A stretch of 64,000 nt of DNA from assembly GCA_963695555.1 (NCBI GenBank), contig CAVOGR010000001.1, positions 576,001-640,000 of the forward strand. The letters run 5' to 3'. The translations under genes and the position numbers were made by a program. This document shows positions 51,179-62,937 of the stretch, in pieces. The notes under the pieces are model-generated. The model saw nothing but the letters and a program-made list of their open reading frames with translations. It was not told the DNA's origin and searched no databases. Positions within the stretch are counted from its first letter, which is position 1. Each line of letters starts with the position of its first letter. The stretch is from an uncultured Gemmatimonadales bacterium. GTDB lineage: Bacteria > Gemmatimonadota > Gemmatimonadetes > Gemmatimonadales > GWC2-71-9.

Positions 51179-54109
51179 ATGACGCCGAGAGAGCTAAGCG
51201 ACCGAGTCCGCGCGGCCAAGGAAGATGTCGAACGGCGCGGTGAGACCTTCTACCCCGGGCCAAGCCGGATTCACCTGGCGTCCTTCCCGCCGAAAGAGCG
51301 GTGGGACGATTGGGTGGAATTAGATTCGCGGGCCTGGCCCGAGCGGGTGGAACGCCGCTACAGCCTGGTCCCCACCACCTGCTTCAATTGTGAATCGGCC
51401 TGCGGACTGCTGGCCTACGTGGACAAGGAGACGCTTCAGGTACGGAAGTTCGAGGGCAATCCGGAGCATCCCGGCTCCCGGGGGCGGAACTGCGCCAAGG
51501 GTCCGGCCACCATTACCCAAGTGACCGACCCGGACCGCATCCTCGTGCCCCTCAAGCGCGCCGGCGCGCGGGGCGAGGGGAAGTGGGTGCAGGTCGGTTG
51601 GGATGAGGCGCTGGACGACATCGCCGGGCGGATTCGCCGGGCGATCCAGGAAGATCGCCACAACGAGGTGATGTACCACGTGGGTCGTCCCGGCGAGGAT
51701 GGGTTCACCGAACGGATCCTCGCCGCGTGGGGTGTGGACGGGCACAACTCCCACACCAATGTCTGTTCCTCCAACGGTCGGGCCGGATACCAGTTCTGGA
51801 TGGGCTACGACCGGCCGAGCCCGGATTTTGCCAATGCCAAGGTGATGGTGCTGGTGTCGGCGCACTTGGAGACCGGGCACTACTTCAACCCACACGCCCA
51901 GCGCGTCATCGAGGCCAAGAAGAACGGCGCTCGGCTGATCGTGTTCGACACCAGGCTGTCGAATACCGCGACCCACGCGGACCACTGGCTGGCTTCGTAT
52001 CCCGGCTCCGAGGCTGCGGTACTCTTGGCCGTGGCCAACTACCTCATTCAACACGATCTCTACAACCGAGAGTTTGTGCGGCAGTGGTGGAACTGGCACG
52101 AGTATCTGGCCTGCGAGCGCGACGATCTCGAGCCGTCATTCGACAACTTCGAGCGCGTGCTGAAGGAGCTGTATCGCGACTACACGTTCGAGTTTGCCGC
52201 TGCGGAATCCGGGCTCGATGCCTCGGTGATCGAAGACGTGGCGCAGGTGATCGCCACCGCCGGAACTCGGCTCGCCACGCACAACTGGCGTAGTGCCGCG
52301 GCCGGGAACGAAGGAGGGTGGCAGGTGTCCCGCACCCTGTTCTTGTTGAACGCCCTCATGGGCGCCGTGGCGAGCGAAGGCGGCACCTTCCCCAACGCCT
52401 GGAACAAGTTCGTCCCCAAGCCGATTCACACGCCGCCTCACCCGAAGACCTGGAACGAGCTGACGTGGCCGGTGGAATACCCGTTGGCGATGAACGAACT
52501 CTCCTTCCTCCTGCCCCATTTTCTGAAGGAGGGGAGAGGGCGAGTCGATGTGTACTTCACGCGGGTGTACAACCCGGTGTGGACCAATCCGGATGGATTT
52601 TCATGGATCGAAGTGCTCACCAACCCGGACCTGATCGGGCTGCACGTCGCTCTTACTCCCACGTGGAATGAAACGGCCTATTTCGCCGATTACGTGCTGC
52701 CGATGGGCCATAGCTCCGAGCGGCACGACACGCATTCGTACGAGACCCACGACGCGCAATGGATCGGATTCCGCCAGCCGGTATTGCGGACGCTGCGCGA
52801 ACGAATGGGCCAGCGGGTGGCCGATACGCGGGAGGTCAATCCGGGCGAAGTCTGGGAAGAGAACGAATTCTGGATCGACCTCACCTGGCGGATCGATCCC
52901 GATGGAGCGCTGGGTATCCGCCAGTTCGTTGCCTCTAAACAGCGCCCCGGCGAGAAGCTCTCGGTGGACGAGTACTACGCCTACGCCTTCGAGCACTCGG
53001 TTCCCGGACTGCCGGAGCGAGCCGCCGCCGAGGGCCTGAGCCCGCTCGACTACATGCGCCGCTACGGCGCGTTCGAGGTCGAGCGACGCGTCGGCCCCGT
53101 CTACACCTACGACGTTCCCCGCGATGACCTCCAGGACATCCGCGAGGACCAGTTCGGCCGGGTGTACACCAAGGCGCCCAAGCCGCCATCGCCCAATGTG
53201 GTGCCGCATCCGTCGCCCGAGTCTGACGCCGAAGGCCGCCGCCCCGTCGGGGTGACGGTAGACGGGAAGATTCTGCGCGGCTGGCCCACGCCAAGCGGTC
53301 GGCTCGAGTTCTACTCACGCACTCTGGCCGAATGGGGTTGGCCCGAAGCGGCCCTGCCCACCTATCTCAAAAGCCACATCCACCCGGACCACTTGGCCGC
53401 GGATCAGATGCCGCTGATCAGCACCTTCCGGCTCCCGGTCCACATCCACACCCGGAGCGCCAATGCCAAGTGGCTCGACGAGATTGCGCACACCAATCCA
53501 CTCTGGATCCATGCGTCCGATGCGAGCCGCCTCGGCCTCTCGACCGGCGACCTCGTTCGGGTGGAAACGGAGATCGGGCACTTCGTGGTCAAGGCCTGGG
53601 TGACCGAGGGGATCCGCCCCGGTGTGGTTGCCTGTAGTCACCACATGGGTCGGTGGAAACTCGGCGAGGCCGGGCAGCGGCAGCTCATGGCCACGGTGAA
53701 TTTGGATCACCGCGGTGCGAGCTGGGGTCTCACGCGCCGGCGCGGTGTCGAACCGTTCGCGTCGTCCGATCCGGATACCCTCAGAATCTGGTGGACCGAT
53801 GTCGGCGTACATCAAAACCTCACGTTCTCCGTGCATCCGGATCCCGTCTCCGGGCAGCACTGCTGGCATCAGGCCGTTCGCATCCGGAAGGCCGATCCCG
53901 GCGACGCCTATGGCGACATCGCCGTCGACACGGATCTGGCGCGTGACATGTACCGGCGCTGGTTGGAGAAGGCCCGTCCCGCTGATACCCATTCGCCGGA
54001 GGGTACCCGCCGGCCGTTCTGGTTGCTCCGGCCTCTGAAGCCCGCGAAGGAACACTTCCGCCTGCCGGAACCGACACACCGAGCGGGCGTCGGGCCAGGC
54101 TCCTCCTAG
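51179..54109 (+). CDS. Molybdopterin (DMSO reductase family) oxidoreductase catalytic subunit, no Tat signal
   Basis: TTCFNCESACG..NCAKG Fe-S motif, DPDRILVPLKR, NSHTNVCS, ETAYFADYVLP, HIHTRS, EGIRPGVV. Confidence 0.9.
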   Translation: MTPRELSDRVRAAKEDVERRGETFYPGPSRIHLASFPPKERWDDWVELDSRAWPERVERRYSLVPTTCFNCESACGLLAYVDKETLQVRKFEGNPEHPGSRGRNCAKGPATITQVTDPDRILVPLKRAGARGEGKWVQVGWDEALDDIAGRIRRAIQEDRHNEVMYHVGRPGEDGFTERILAAWGVDGHNSHTNVCSSNGRAGYQFWMGYDRPSPDFANAKVMVLVSAHLETGHYFNPHAQRVIEAKKNGARLIVFDTRLSNTATHADHWLASYPGSEAAVLLAVANYLIQHDLYNREFVRQWWNWHEYLACERDDLEPSFDNFERVLKELYRDYTFEFAAAESGLDASVIEDVAQVIATAGTRLATHNWRSAAAGNEGGWQVSRTLFLLNALMGAVASEGGTFPNAWNKFVPKPIHTPPHPKTWNELTWPVEYPLAMNELSFLLPHFLKEGRGRVDVYFTRVYNPVWTNPDGFSWIEVLTNPDLIGLHVALTPTWNETAYFADYVLPMGHSSERHDTHSYETHDAQWIGFRQPVLRTLRERMGQRVADTREVNPGEVWEENEFWIDLTWRIDPDGALGIRQFVASKQRPGEKLSVDEYYAYAFEHSVPGLPERAAAEGLSPLDYMRRYGAFEVERRVGPVYTYDVPRDDLQDIREDQFGRVYTKAPKPPSPNVVPHPSPESDAEGRRPVGVTVDGKILRGWPTPSGRLEFYSRTLAEWGWPEAALPTYLKSHIHPDHLAADQMPLISTFRLPVHIHTRSANAKWLDEIAHTNPLWIHASDASRLGLSTGDLVRVETEIGHFVVKAWVTEGIRPGVVACSHHMGRWKLGEAGQRQLMATVNLDHRGASWGLTRRRGVEPFASSDPDTLRIWWTDVGVHQNLTFSVHPDPVSGQHCWHQAVRIRKADPGDAYGDIAVDTDLARDMYRRWLEKARPADTHSPEGTRRPFWLLRPLKPAKEHFRLPEPTHRAGVGPGSS

Positions 54110-54112
54110 CGG

Positions 54113-54985
54113 ATGGAGTTACTTCGAGCGCTTGCCGTTCTTGCCGAGTCCCCCAGCGAAGAGTCCGCGGGACTTGCCCGGGTCCTGAGCCTCGATCGGC
54201 CGCCGAGCGCGGCCGAACACACCGACCTATTCGTCTTCCAGCTCGTCCCCTACGCCTCCGTGTACTTGGGCGCGGAGGGCATGCTGGGTGGTGAAGCCGA
54301 GGATCGGGTTCGGGGGTTCTGGCGGGCACTCGGCCATGCACCACCGACCGAACCCGATCATCTGACGGCCCTTCTCGGACTCTATGTACGTCTGGCTGAA
54401 CTCGAAGAGGCCGAGACCGATCTGACTCGCAAAGCGGCGCTGGGCAGGGCACGGGCCGCCCTCCTCTTCGAGCACCTCCTGAGTTGGCAGCCTGCGTTTC
54501 TCGAGAAGGTGATCGAAATTGGGCCGGGCCCTTTTCGAGACTGGGGGCGCCTGCTCAAGTCGGCACTGGTGGCGGAGGCCTCAGGCCTCGGAGTTCCCAC
54601 GGACCTGCCCCTCCATCTGCGCGAGGCCCCGGGACTTCCCGACGCGGAGCCTGCCAGCCTCGAGGAGCTGGTGTCGGCGTTCGTGGCTCCGGTCAGGTGC
54701 GGCATCATCCTCACGCGCACCGACCTCCAGCGGGCTGGGCGGGAAGTCGGACTCGGCGTGCGAGCCGGTGGGAGGCGCTTCGTGTTGGGGTCACTCCTGG
54801 AGCAGGATGCACCCGCTATGATGGAGTGGCTCGGGGCTGAGGCCGACCGCTGGGTCGGCTTGCATCTTGGCTATGCCGATTGCTTGGGCTCCATCGCTAC
54901 CTTCTGGGCCGAGCGGGCCCGCCGGACGGCCACGTTCGCCGAGCTGCTGCACCGGGTGGCAACGGAGAGTGTGAGTAACCCATGA
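54113..54985 (+). CDS. TorD/DmsD family molybdoenzyme chaperone
   Basis: PYASVYL, EPDHL, EHLLSW. Confidence 0.85.
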   Translation: MELLRALAVLAESPSEESAGLARVLSLDRPPSAAEHTDLFVFQLVPYASVYLGAEGMLGGEAEDRVRGFWRALGHAPPTEPDHLTALLGLYVRLAELEEAETDLTRKAALGRARAALLFEHLLSWQPAFLEKVIEIGPGPFRDWGRLLKSALVAEASGLGVPTDLPLHLREAPGLPDAEPASLEELVSAFVAPVRCGIILTRTDLQRAGREVGLGVRAGGRRFVLGSLLEQDAPAMMEWLGAEADRWVGLHLGYADCLGSIATFWAERARRTATFAELLHRVATESVSNP

Positions 54986-55013
54986 CTGGGTGTTCGAGTG
55001 AGGATCTGAATCA

Positions 55014-56096
55014 ATGAAGCAAGCAAGCATCATAGGCCTCGCGCTCGGCGTGCTCGTCGCTGGTCCCACGCCGCTTCCTGGACAAGCCGTCCCTCAGGTG
55101 GGTGGTGGCCCCGGGTGGGTGGTTCGTTCGGCAGCACACGTCGATCTCTGGTATCATGGCCTCGCGGTGGTGGGGTATGACGGGCTTGCGCCGCTCCCAC
55201 TCTACGCCCCCGACTACGCGGCGCACATCAAGAGCGCCAAGGAAGCCCAAGGACTGTATCCGACGACGCTCGATCGACTCCGATCCTACTTCCGGATCGC
55301 GTTCGCCACCGACAGCACGTTTGAGATTTTTCATTTCCTGCCGCTCTACTTCGGTTCGCCCGAACCCGAGCCTATGCTTGCTGCATTAGCTGCCGCCGCT
55401 CGCGGAGAGACGCGAGAAGAATTCGGAGCCAGGGTTCTGTCCGAGGTCCTGAAGAAGAAGAACCAGCGCGAGATCGCCGGCCAGTTCATCGCCGCCCTCG
55501 AAGAGGAGTGGCGGGTGTTTCTCCGGGCGCACCGTGAGGCGGAGTCACCGCGACGGGATGCCTATCTGGCGGCGGTCGAGCGGCAATGGCAGGAGCGCAT
55601 GGAGCCAGCCCTCGAAGGTTGGCTCATGGATCGTCGTCTCGACCGAGGCGTGGTGATCGCCTCGCCGGCAATAGGGCCGGAGGGCCGAATTTTCCTGGGC
55701 GAGCCGGATGATCCGGGCGACAATGTCGTTGCCGTCGGCATGCCGCTCGCACTGGATGACGTGGAGGTTGTGCTGTTTGCCGCGGTCCGCGAGCTCTGTT
55801 ATCCCATCGCCAGTCGCGAAGTGGCGCGGCAGGGCGTGCCTGGCAACGACCGCGTGACCGCCGAGCGCGTCAGCAGCCGGGCCGCGGTACGATGCGGGGC
55901 AATGCTGCTCGATGTCCGGGCGCCGGAGCTGGCCACCCGGTACCGGGACGCCTATGTTCGGGCGGCCAAGCTTGATCCGGCGCGGGTGACGTTCGAAAAC
56001 GCCTTCCCCGTGGATTCCCAGCTTCTCAAGGACGTGCGGCGGGAGTTGCGGCTGCCGAACATCAGGGAGGACGGAGGAGTAATGAGTAAGGAGTGA
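55014..56096 (+). CDS. Secreted hypothetical protein
   Basis: 360-aa ORF with a signal-peptide-like N terminus; no recognised motif. Confidence 0.65.
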   Translation: MKQASIIGLALGVLVAGPTPLPGQAVPQVGGGPGWVVRSAAHVDLWYHGLAVVGYDGLAPLPLYAPDYAAHIKSAKEAQGLYPTTLDRLRSYFRIAFATDSTFEIFHFLPLYFGSPEPEPMLAALAAAARGETREEFGARVLSEVLKKKNQREIAGQFIAALEEEWRVFLRAHREAESPRRDAYLAAVERQWQERMEPALEGWLMDRRLDRGVVIASPAIGPEGRIFLGEPDDPGDNVVAVGMPLALDDVEVVLFAAVRELCYPIASREVARQGVPGNDRVTAERVSSRAAVRCGAMLLDVRAPELATRYRDAYVRAAKLDPARVTFENAFPVDSQLLKDVRRELRLPNIREDGGVMSKE

Positions 56097-56156
56097 GCTC
56101 GCGGGACCACGAGTTCCCAGTTCCCGACTGTCCAACCGACGTATCTTTCGTTCCAC

Positions 56157-56188
56157 TCCCGACTTCCCGACTTCCCGACTTCCCGACT
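56157..56188. repeat. Octamer tandem repeat (TCCCGACT)x4 with flanking degenerate copies
   Basis: Directly visible upstream of cysS; further copies at ~56122 and ~56205. Confidence 0.9.
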
Positions 56189-56213
56189 ACCTGACTAACC
56201 GGCTTCCCGACTC

Positions 56214-57765
56214 ATGTCCCTCACCCTCTACAACACGCTCACTCGCAGGCTCGAGCCGTTCGAACCGCTCGAGCCCGGCCGAGTATCGCTCTACACCTGT
56301 GGCCCGACCGTCTGGAATTTTGCCCACATCGGGAACTTCAGGACATTCCTGTTCGAGGATCTGCTCCGGCGGTGGCTCGAGGCGAGCGGGTACGACGTCT
56401 ATCACATCATGAACGTGACCGACGTGGACGATCGTACCATCAACGCCGCTGCGGCTGCTGGAACATCGCTGCGTGAGCATGTCCAGCCGTTTATCGACGC
56501 CTTCTATGCCGACCGTGACTACTTGAGAATCCGTCCCGCCAACGAATACCCCCGCGCCACCGAGTTCATCGCGCCGATGATACGGTTAGTGCAGGGCCTC
56601 ATCGACAAGGGGCACGCGTACCGAGGGGACGACGGCTCGGTCTATTTCACGATCGCGAGCTTCCCGGCCTACGGCCGCCTGTCGCAGCTGGACCGCCAAC
56701 AGCTCCAGGCCGGCGCCGGTTCGGGCGGCAGCCGGACGGGGGTCGACACCGACGAGTACGCCAAGGAAGACGCCCGGGACTTCGCGCTCTGGAAGGCCGC
56801 CCGCCCCACGGACGAGCAGGTGGGAGCCGCCTGGGATGCGCCCTTCGGACGTGGTCGCCCAGGGTGGCATCTCGAGTGCTCGGCCATGGCGCTCGAACTG
56901 GTCGGGCAGCAGTACGGGGTGGATGTGCTCGATATCCATGCCGGCGGGGTGGACCTGATCTTTCCGCATCATGAGGACGAGATCGCCCAGGCCTGCGCCT
57001 ACACCGGGCAGGAAGACTTCGCCCGGTATTGGCTCCACGGCGAGTTCCTCAACGTGCGCGGCACCAAGATGTCCAAGCGCTTCGGCAACATTCTGACAAC
57101 GCGAGATCTCAGTGAGGAGGGAGTGGGCAGCGGGGCGGTGAGATTGTTGGTCTTCCAGACCCACTACCGCCAGCGGCTCGATTTGACCGACCAGGCGCTC
57201 GATGCGGCGCGGGAGGGCTCGCGGCGGCTCGGCGAGTTCGGCCGGAAGCTGGCTGAGGCCTCGGAGCGGAGCGGGAAAGGGCCACGAGCCGTTCGAGGAG
57301 GCTGCCGGCCGGTTCGGCGACGCATTCAAGTCCGCGCTGGATGAGGACCTCAACGCGCCGCGGGCGGTGGCCGCGCTATTCGACTTCGCCAGCGAGGGGA
57401 ATCGGCTGCTGGATGAGGGGGTCCGGCCCGGCCCAAGGGCACTGGGGGCGTGGGCGCTGGCCGACGCGGCGCCGGACTGCGCCCAGGCGGTGGAAAGGGT
57501 CAGCCTGGCTGGGTCCGACGCCGCAGGCGGCTGAGTCCGCCACGCGCTATCCAGCCCACCCGCCGAGCCGCCGACCGGAACGGCCGAGGCAGCCGACTGG
57601 GCCCGAAAATGGGCCCTGGTGCGGCTCGAGCGCAAAAAGGCCCGCGACTTCGCGGAGGCGGACCGGATCCGGGACCTGCTCCGTGAGCACGGATTCGAGG
57701 TCCGGGATACCAAGGACGGCGGGGTCGAGGTGGTTCGGGCGGGGCTGATTGCCCCCCGGCCCTGA
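56214..57765 (+). CDS. cysS: Cysteine--tRNA ligase (frameshifted in 3' part)
   Basis: YTCGPTV, HIGN, DFALWK, GRPGWHLECSAM, FPHHEDE, KMSKR, DEDLNAP, DFAEADRIRD. Confidence 0.95.
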
Positions 57766-57802
57766 GCGGGCCTATCCCACCATATTTCCGGCGCTTATCC
57801 AG

Positions 57803-57831
57803 TTGACTGGCGCTTACAGGCCCGGTATTAT
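57803..57831 (+). promoter_or_regulatory. Sigma-70 promoter of the tRNA-tuf operon
   Basis: TTGACT-17 bp-TATTAT, 23 bp upstream of tRNA-Thr. Confidence 0.75.
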
Positions 57832-57854
57832 ACGGGTCTGTCGATTTTTGGGCT

Positions 57855-57931
57855 GCTGACGTAGCTCAATGGCTAGAGCACCTGATTTGTAATCAGGCAG
57901 GTTGAGGGTTCGAGTCCCTTCGTCAGCTCCA
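57855..57931 (+). tRNA. tRNA-Thr(TGT), CCA encoded
   Basis: Acceptor GCTGACG/CGTCAGC, anticodon arm CCTGA-TTTGTAA-TCAGG, T loop GGTTCGAGTCC. Confidence 0.95.
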
Positions 57932-58010
57932 GCTGTGGCAGGACGGATGTCAGGGACGCGATGGACCCCGCCGGTGACGGGGTGCGTGTCGAGTAGCGTC
58001 GCAGGTGCAC

Positions 58011-58094
58011 GGTGGGGTGGCCGAGTGGCTAATGGCAGCAGACTGTAAATCTGCCGGGCTTCGCCCTACGTAGGTTCGAATCCTACCCCCACCA
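58011..58094 (+). tRNA. tRNA-Tyr(GTA)
   Basis: Acceptor GGTGGGG/CCCCACC, anticodon GCAGA-CTGTAAA-TCTGC, long variable arm, GGTTCGAATCC. Confidence 0.95.
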
Positions 58095-58108
58095 TGGCTG
58101 GCGGGCAC

Positions 58109-58181
58109 GCGGGTGTAGCTCAGTTGGTAGAGCATCAGCCTTCCAAGCTGAGGGTCGCGGGTTCGAGTCCCGTCGCCCGCT
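58109..58181 (+). tRNA. tRNA-Gly(TCC)
   Basis: Acceptor GCGGGTG/CGCCCGC, anticodon TCAGC-CTTCCAA-GCTGA. Confidence 0.95.
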
Positions 58182-58196
58182 TGGGACACCACGGTC

Positions 58197-58269
<73 letters not shown>

Positions 58270-58397
58270 TGGAGGAGGCGGATCGGTCGGCATGGCAGTT
58301 CGTGATGACCGCCGGACCGCCGGAGGCGGTCGCCGGGGATCGGCTGGGAACCGCCGGACCGCCGCAACTAGAAACCAGACGCAAGGGAGCACTGGTC

Positions 58398-59614
<1,217 letters not shown>

Positions 59615-59638
59615 GGAGTCGGGAGTAGAGGAGCCAAC

Positions 59639-59790
59639 ATGCCGCGCGACAAGATGATCCTGGAGTGCACCGACTGCAAGAGTCGGAACTACTTCACGAC
59701 AAGAACAAGCGGAAGCACCCGGAGCGGGTGGAGTGGAAGAAGTTCTGTCCCCGGTGCGGCACGCACCGCGCCCACAAGGAGTCGAAGTAG
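59639..59790 (+). CDS. rpmG: 50S ribosomal protein L33 (Zn-binding CxxC form; one frameshift)
   Basis: [18 protein letters not shown]...[25 protein letters not shown]. Confidence 0.9.
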
Positions 59791-59792
59791 CC

Positions 59793-60046
59793 ATGGCCAA
59801 AGGTGAAGGTCGCGCGCGGCGATGCCGCGGTTGCCCAGGGCAACGCCCTCATGCGCTCCGCGACTTCCTCGCGGCGGTGCGGGCCGAGATCGGCAAGGTC
59901 ACCTGGCCGACGCGGGACGAGCTGGTCGAGGCGACGCGGGTGATTCATCCTGCTTCGCCGTGCTCCTCGGCGTCGCTGATCGGACTGCTCGACTGGCTGC
60001 TCCAGAAGATCCTGATCGACGGGGTCGCGGCGATCTGCCGCGGTGA
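59793..60046 (+). CDS. secE: Preprotein translocase SecE (frameshifted)
   Basis: [24 protein letters not shown]; located between rpmG and nusG. Confidence 0.88.
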
Positions 60047-60051
60047 TCGCC

Positions 60052-60597
60052 ATGGAGTACCGCTGGTACGCGATCCAGACGACGGCGGGCCACGAGAACA
60101 AGGTCCGGGCGCTGCTCGAGCGCCGCATCGCGGACGACCCGCGGCCGGAGGAGGAGAAGCTGATCCGCCAGGCCTGGTCCCGACGCAGGAAGTCGTGGAG
60201 ATCAAGAACGGCAAGAAGGTCACGGTCGAGCGGAAGCTGTATCCGGGCTACGTGCTCGTCGAGATGGTGATGAGCCAGGAAGCGCTCAGCACGTGGTCAA
60301 CAGCATCCAGGGCGTGATCAAGTTCGTCGGGACCGGCTGGACGCCGCAGGCGCTCCGGCAGGAGGAGGTCAACCGGCTGCTCGGCATCGTCGAGGAGACG
60401 GCCGAGGACGAGCGCCGAAGGAGGAGATCCCGTTCCTGGTCGGCCAGGTCGTGGAGATCATCGAAGGTCCGTTCTCGGACTTCAGCGGCACGGTCGAGGA
60501 AGTGCTCCCCGACAAGGGGAAGGTGAAGGTGTCGGTCAGCCTGTTCGGGCGGCCGACGACGGTCGAGTTGGATTACCTGCAGTTGCGAGGCCATTGA
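60052..60597 (+). CDS. nusG: Transcription termination/antitermination factor NusG (frameshifted)
   Basis: WYAIQTTAGHENKV, LYPGYVLVEM, KOW GPFSDFSGTV, SLFGRPTTVEL. Confidence 0.95.
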
Positions 60598-60721
60598 GCC
60601 GACGCGCAGGGTGCGCGCCGGTGACGTATAGACGACGGTGGGCCGGGTGGCCCCCCGCGACCGCGCGGGTGAACGCGGGAGTCGACGGCGCACCAGATGC
60701 CCCGACGTTACGAGGAGTAAC

Positions 60722-61146
60722 ATGGCGAAGAAAGTCACGGCCGTCGTCAAGCTGCAGTGCCCGGCTGGCGCGGCGAACCCGGCGCCGCCCGTGGGCACGG
60801 CGCTCGGTCCGCACGGCGTCAACATCATGGATTTCTGCAAGCAGTTCAACGCGCAGACCCAGACCCAGGCGGGCATGGTGATTCCGGTCGTGATCACGAT
60901 CTATGCCGATCGCACGTTCACCTTCATCACCAAGACGCCGCCGGCGCCGAATCTGCTGCTCAAGGAAGCCGGAATCGAGAAGGGAAGCGGGCAGCCGAAT
61001 CGCGACAAGGTCGGCAAGGTGACGCGCGCCCAGCTCGGAAGATCGCCGAGATCAAGATGGACGACCTCAATGCGACCGACATCGATTGCGCCATGCGGAT
61101 GATCGCCGGGACGGCGCGGTCGATGGGCCTGGAGGTGAAGGACTGA
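60722..61146 (+). CDS. rplK: 50S ribosomal protein L11
   Basis: [42 protein letters not shown]. Confidence 0.96.
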
Positions 61147-61830
61147 TGGCCGCACGGGCAAGCAATTCACGGCGGCGCTGGCCGGGTGGATCGAGCCAAG
61201 GTCTACTCGCCGCCGAGGCCGTCGACCTGGTCAAGGCGGCGTCCTTCGCCAAGTTCGACGAGACCGTGGACGTTGCGGTCCGGCTCGGCGTCGATCCGCG
61301 GCACGCCGACCAGGTCGTCCGCGGCACCGTGGTGCTGCCGCACGGCACCGGCAAGACGGTCCGGGTGCTGGTCATCGCCCAGGGCGACAAGGCCAAGGAC
61401 GCGGAGGCGGCCGGCGCCGACTTCGTCGGTGTCGAGTACGTCCAGAAGATCAAGGACGGCTGGCTCGAGTGCGACGTGATCGTCGCGACGCCGGACGTGA
61501 TGGGCCAGGTCGGCCAGCTGGGCCGGATTCTCGGCCCCCGCGGGCTGATGCCGAATCCGAAGGCGGGCACGGTCACGATGGACGTGGCCAGGCGGTCAGC
61601 GAGATCAAGGCCGGCAAGATCGAGTTCCGGGTGGACAAGACCGGCAACCTGCACGCGCCGATCGGCAAGGTGTCGTTTGGGGCGCCCAGTTGGTGGAGAA
61701 CCTGTCGCCGTTCATGGACACGATCGTCCGGGCGAAGCCGGCGGCGGCCAAGGGCACCTACGTCCGGTCGGCCACGGTCTCGAGCACGATGGGGCCCGGC
61801 GTGCGACTGGATACGGCGGGGTACCGATGA
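61146..61830 (+). CDS. rplA: 50S ribosomal protein L1 (frameshifted)
   Basis: [40 protein letters not shown]. Confidence 0.96.
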
Positions 61831-62347
61831 GCAAGACCGAACGCCAGGCGATGGTCGAGACCCTCGCGGAGCGAGTTGGAGCGGTCGCCCAACCTCTATT
61901 TGACGGACTTCACCGGGCTGACGGTGCTGCGGATGACGGACTTCCGCCGGCGGCTCCGGGCGGCCGGCGTCGGTACGCGGTCGTGAAGAACACGCTGGCG
62001 CAGCGGGCCTTGGCGGACGCCAGGTATCCGGGCTCGAGAGCACTTGGCCGGGCCGACGGGCTCGTGCTGGCGGGCGACGACCCGGTCACTGCGGCCAAGG
62101 TGCTTGCCGATTTCATCAAGGAGCACGAGCGGCCGGCGCTGAAGAGCGGGCTGGTGGATGGCAAGACCATGACGCCGGCGGACATCAAGCGTCTCGCCTC
62201 CCTGCCGTCGCGTGACGAGCTGCTGGGGCAGTTCGCCGGGGCGCTGCAGGCGCCGCTGGCCAATTCGCCGGCATCATGAACGGACTGCTGTATCAGTTGG
62301 TTGGCGCCCTCGAGGCGCTCCGCGCGCAGCGAGGCGCGGCTTCTTAA
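61827..62347 (+). CDS. rplJ: 50S ribosomal protein L10 (frameshifted)
   Basis: [29 protein letters not shown] overlap with rplA. Confidence 0.92.
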
Positions 62348-62367
62348 TCGTACGGAGAGATACAGGC

Positions 62368-62760
62368 ATGGCGACGCAGCTGAGTAACGACGAAATCCTC
62401 GAAGCCATCGGCAACAAGACCGTGATCGAGCTGGCCGACCTGATCGAGGCGTTCAAGGACAAGTTCAACGTCACGATCGCTGCCCCGGTGGCCGCAGCTG
62501 CGGCGGCGCCTGGGGCGGGTGGTGCGGCCGAAGCCGCAATCGAGGAGCAGACCGAGTTCACGGTCATCCTGAAGGAAGTCGGCGCCAAGAAGATCCAGGT
62601 CATCAAGGTCGTCCGCGAGCTGACCACCCTCGGCCTGAAGGAGGCCAAGGACCTGGTCGACGGCGCACCGAATCCGGTCAAGGAGGGCGTCTCCAAGGCC
62701 GAGGCCGAGGAAATCAAGAAGAAGCTCGAGGAGCAGGGCGCGACCGTCGAGCTGAAGTAG
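62368..62760 (+). CDS. rplL: 50S ribosomal protein L7/L12
   Basis: [36 protein letters not shown]. Confidence 0.97.
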   Translation: MATQLSNDEILEAIGNKTVIELADLIEAFKDKFNVTIAAPVAAAAAAPGAGGAAEAAIEEQTEFTVILKEVGAKKIQVIKVVRELTTLGLKEAKDLVDGAPNPVKEGVSKAEAEEIKKKLEEQGATVELK

Positions 62761-62937
62761 CGCCGTAGCGTGTCCGGTGAGCCAAGCGGGTTCACCGGCT
62801 ACTTCGAGGCGCACTTCAGTGAGACGGAATGGAACTCAGACTGCACCGCAGGACCTCGATCGATCATGAGCCCCGCGTGGACTCCGCCGGGGGTGGCGGA
62901 GCCAGCCGGGGCCCTTTGTGCTGGGTGAGGCATACTA

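Noticed and set aside
49402..51219. Long antisense or alternate-frame ORFs (e.g. 49402-51219, 23593-25431, 9241-11088, 20952-22229)
   Set aside because: Shadow ORFs typical of high-GC DNA, overlapping well-supported genes and lacking recognisable motifs
56114..56212. Short repeats as a CRISPR array (also 7061 and 31223)
   Set aside because: Units are 4-8 bp with no unique spacers and there are no cas genes
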